NCBI RefSeq assembly: GCF_026210795.1
Contig: NC_089432.1
Coordinates: 3,658,001 to 3,722,000 of the forward strand
Direction of reading: 5' to 3'
DNA length: 64,000 bases
DNA from: Rhizophagus irregularis
Lineage: Eukaryota
Numbering within the stretch: position 1 is the first letter of the stretch; every line of letters starts with the position of its first letter. A program made the position numbers and the translations under genes. The notes below the pieces were generated by a model, which saw only the letters and a program-made list of their open reading frames with translations, did no database searches and was not told where the DNA came from. Shown here in pieces: positions 60,101 to 64,000 of the stretch.

Positions 60101-63100
60101 AAGTGCCAGATTTTTCTGTAACTTACTAGAAATTAGGCTATTCGATTTTCATATATTTGCCGAATATATGATCTTTTTTGTTTTTTAGCTGCAGCTTTTT
60201 CCTTTTTCTTCTCAATCTTAGCTATAAAAGAGATGCTAATCAAAACAGATGCAGGTTAGGTGGTACTGGTGGTCAGTTTATTTCCATTATTTCATGTTTT
60301 TTTATTTATAATAGATTATTATTTGAAAAAAAAAGAAAGTTGATTTAAAAAATAAATCAAAAGAGCTTCTTTTTCATATGACCTTTAAAATCATATAATT
60401 AATCTTTAGAACCATATAATAATATAAATAAACAAGAATATAATTAGAAAAATCAGAAACTTCACCCTTTGACCTTTAGAACCACTAATAATAAAAATAG
60501 GTAAGATCAAAATAACATAATAATAATCTAGAAAATCAGAATAATATTTAAAGAAAAAGAAGTAGAAAATCTAAATCAAGATAATTAACTAATATTCGAA
60601 AAAAAAACTCAAATTATTAATAATAATAAATCATATTGTATTAGATACAATTAACTATTAATTTTTAACAAAAAATATAATTAATAACAAAAAGGAAAAT
60701 TCACTTTTTAAGTTTTTTTAGAATTATAATATCATATTAGATATAATTAACTATTAATTTTTAACAAAAAAATATAATTAATAACAAAAAGAAAAATTTA
60801 CTTTAAGTTTTAATTACATAATTGTGATTTTTAATGCTAATCAGATTTATTATTTTATGATATCTAAAAATAGCTTAGTATAAATATATATTGTCACTTA
60901 TATCTAAAAATAACTAAATACAGATAATAAATTTATTTATATTTATCATTTATTATTTGTTTTTCATTTCTTTCTCATTTTTTCACAATACTTATTCTTT
61001 ATTTTTTCAACCTTAAACTTTTCTCTTCTAGGACTTTATTACTTTAATAAAATACTTTTACTTTTCTTAAATATGATACATATTTTTATCTAAATATATA
61101 TGTAATTATGTATTTCTACATAATTAAATAAAGCTGTAAACAAGTATAACAATATTTATTTATTAATTTTTTTGAGAAAGAATTTTTTACAGTAGAATAG
61201 TTTATTAAACAGGTATTACGCTAAAATATATCCTCATGTTTTATATTATTTTCAATTTTAGTGTAATTGGGATCAACTATAAATATATTTGTTAGGCAAA
61301 AAATATCTTTTGACCCTATCTATACAACTTACTTTCTTAACTTACATAATATAATAGAATGGCTGATAGAAAAGAAGCAGATGTGAAGAAATATATATTA
61401 TACAACATAATGCTTCTTATTTGCAAATATCTTAATAAACTGAAATAGGTGATTTTTCAAAAAGTTGAAAAGATAATAATATGAGAAGGGCCAAGAATGT
61501 AATTTTTGCGTCTATTAATAACAAGTATTTTAAAGAATAATAAAGGTTAAATTATTCAATAGATATCTATCAATCTTTAATATATATATATATATATATT
61601 GTAGATAAGATTTATAAAGTTATTTTTATTTTATAATATTACTAATTATATCTTTTTACTTCATATAAATAGTATATCTTTTTGTATAATATTTTTTTGA
61701 TAAATTTTGCCTCTTATTATTATATAGTAAATATCAAAATAAGTTTTTTTAATAATTGTATAATTGTAATTTTTTTTTTATATTTTAAAATTTATTTATT
61801 TCATTTCATATAGAATCAAATATATATACAAACTGTTATTAAAATATAATTAAACCATATTTTTAATGTTATATTTACTGTATATATATATTAAAAATGT
61901 TATTAAATACTTATTAAAATGTAGATGATTTATTATTAAATTATTATTAAAATATATTTTTAACATCATATTTATATATTAAAAAGGCCATTAAAATGTA
62001 AAATATTATTTTATCTTAATTAAAATAACCTTAATACAACTAAAAATGTATGTTATTTCTAATTAAATCATATTATAAATACATTATTAAATCTATAATA
62101 AATGAGGATCTTTTTAAGGGATCTTTAAGAATCCCAAATTTACCATTAAGGAATCCTTAAGGATATTTATCATTATATATTTTTTTATTTATTAATAGAT
62201 TTATTAGTTAATTTATTTATTATAAGATTTTTGGAATTCCTAGGGTTCCATGTCCCAAAAAATTTACTGATGTATGAATATAGATTAGAATTTTCTTGTT
62301 TTTTTTTCATTTACACCTTTATTTAATTCCAGAGTGTAAGATGTATATTCTCCTCCAAAAACAATTTTATAAATGGATCTAAGTAATAAACATTTGTCCA
62401 AAACCAAAACCTTATGCTTATTTTTGGTTTCTTTTTGTTTTGATGATACCAGAAGCTTGTCTTTACTAAGAGAAAAGAAAATAAAATTTATTATTATTCT
62501 AACAGATAATTCCTATGTTTTTTTGATAATTTTCTGTAAGCTTACATGTAGTTAAATATGCGATAAGCTTTTTTTTCCAATTCACCATCATTGTTTAGTT
62601 ACAAAGTTATAATTCAATCCAATGAAAAGTTGTTTGTTGCTTTATAGAAGGTGATTAAGAGTGAATCCGTTAAAATAGGTTGTATAATTTTATGTGGATT
62701 CGAATTAAGAACTTGACACCATTCAGAGTAGGGATCTAAAATATAATGGAGAAATTAATTCAGTACATATTCACAACAGATATTTTTTGGAATACTTTCA
62801 ACAATTCGAATGTGTTATTCCACATTAATTTGTTTCTCTCCGCCTAACACTTGCTATCAATTGTCTTTGATACTCCTTAAATTTTTATATATTTAAGGGT
62901 ATAACTAAAAAAAGTAAAATGATATGCTACTAACAAGAATTTATCTGTAATTTTCTCCATGCCTACTTCCCACTAAAACGCAAAAATAATATAACTTAAA
63001 TACAATAAATGGAATCTAAAGTTCAGTTACTACCATATACCTCATTTAATGAACTGAATATTATTTGCTGTTCTAATTCTTCTAGATCATCATGTTTGAT

Positions 63101-64000
63101 TTCTATTATTTCGTTGGAATCACTATCATTGGGAATATTATTTTCCTGATAACATTGTCATTGCAAGAGCGAAAATATTCAGCAAGGTAATCCAAGGTTA
63201 TCTCGGTATAAATCCTTAATAAGATAATTACACTAGATTCGCCCATTTCGTCACTTGAACATTCTCAAGTTGTAGTCTCATAATCGGGAGTATCAACATT
63301 TGCTAAATTCAACTAGATCACAACGCATATGATATGCCAGTACGGAAATTCGACTTACGAGCCTAATTATTATATAGTCAATACCAAAATACCTCCGTAT
63401 GACTACTAATTTCTACTTCAACATCATGTTCATCGAATATTGCGATTCATTTTGATTTATTAGTGGAAGAATCGAACCTTTGGCGGTTTTAATCTGTTAT
63501 CAACATCAGTATCCACGTGAAATCCTTATTATCTGTAAATAGTAAAGATTCGTGTGGATCCTTCCCACCTCAGCGAATCAAAAAATTTTACTAAGCCGCA
63601 TAATTTTTATCTAATATTTATTTTGCTTTATATAATTTATCAACTTATTATTCAATTAGAAAAAAATATTTTATTAAATTAAACGTCCTAATCTAACATA
63701 TTTTATCACAAAATGTTAAGAATAAATTTGTAAATAGTAAAAAAACTTCGATATTCAAAATATTCAACCATGCCATGATGTAATTCACTATCCTATTCAA
63801 ATCCATAATCTAAATCTTAAAACGAAATATTTTAATAAACGAAACAGTTCTATTTTTCAATTACCAATTCTGCCAAAAAAAGGACAGTGGAACTTTACTT
63901 AAATTTCCTTATGTAATTAAAATTATGAGAAGGAGGCTTGTTAAAGTTCAAAAATTCAAACATCCTCCAGTTTTAGTTGCGAAATTCCTAAAAAAAAAAA

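Noticed and set aside
59300..62300. Large decayed DNA transposon
   Set aside because: Eroded GGATCC-like repeats near 62100-62250 hint at a hAT-type end, but no TIR pair, TSD or transposase motif could be supported.
62370..63560. Degraded gene on the minus strand
   Set aside because: Coding-like composition and intron-like signals, but multiple stops and no family I can name.

Overview
Very AT-rich eukaryotic DNA with short spliceosomal introns. The transposon families and composition fit an arbuscular-mycorrhizal (Glomeromycotina, Rhizophagus-like) fungus; that assignment is inference. Bases 1-42 kb are almost all nested transposons: a CACTA/CMC-type transposase remnant, a pogo/CENP-B-type element, a solo LTR, a Crypton tyrosine-recombinase element with a short derivative, a DIRS recombinase remnant, a tRNA-derived SINE, a Helitron, a MULE/FAR1-like element and many MITEs. 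Only two intact host genes are clear: a 4-exon Pcl1/Pcl2-type cyclin with a polyQ tail, and an atypical short-chain dehydrogenase flanked by two decayed tandem copies. The main finding is a ~1.94-kb element present in three full-length copies. Each has its own 14-17 bp target-site duplication, a shared 5' start, a single ~501-aa ORF1-like protein (two RRM-like folds judged by eye, no RT or endonuclease), a structured 3' UTR and a (TAAA)n tail, i.e. a protein-coding non-autonomous (Half-L1-like) retrotransposon. A tRNA-SINE in the same window shares a CUUG hairpin, a 16/17-nt motif and the tail type with that 3' UTR, suggesting one common RT partner. The Crypton also shows a terminal segment in opposite orientations in its two copies. 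All alignments and coordinates were done by eye.
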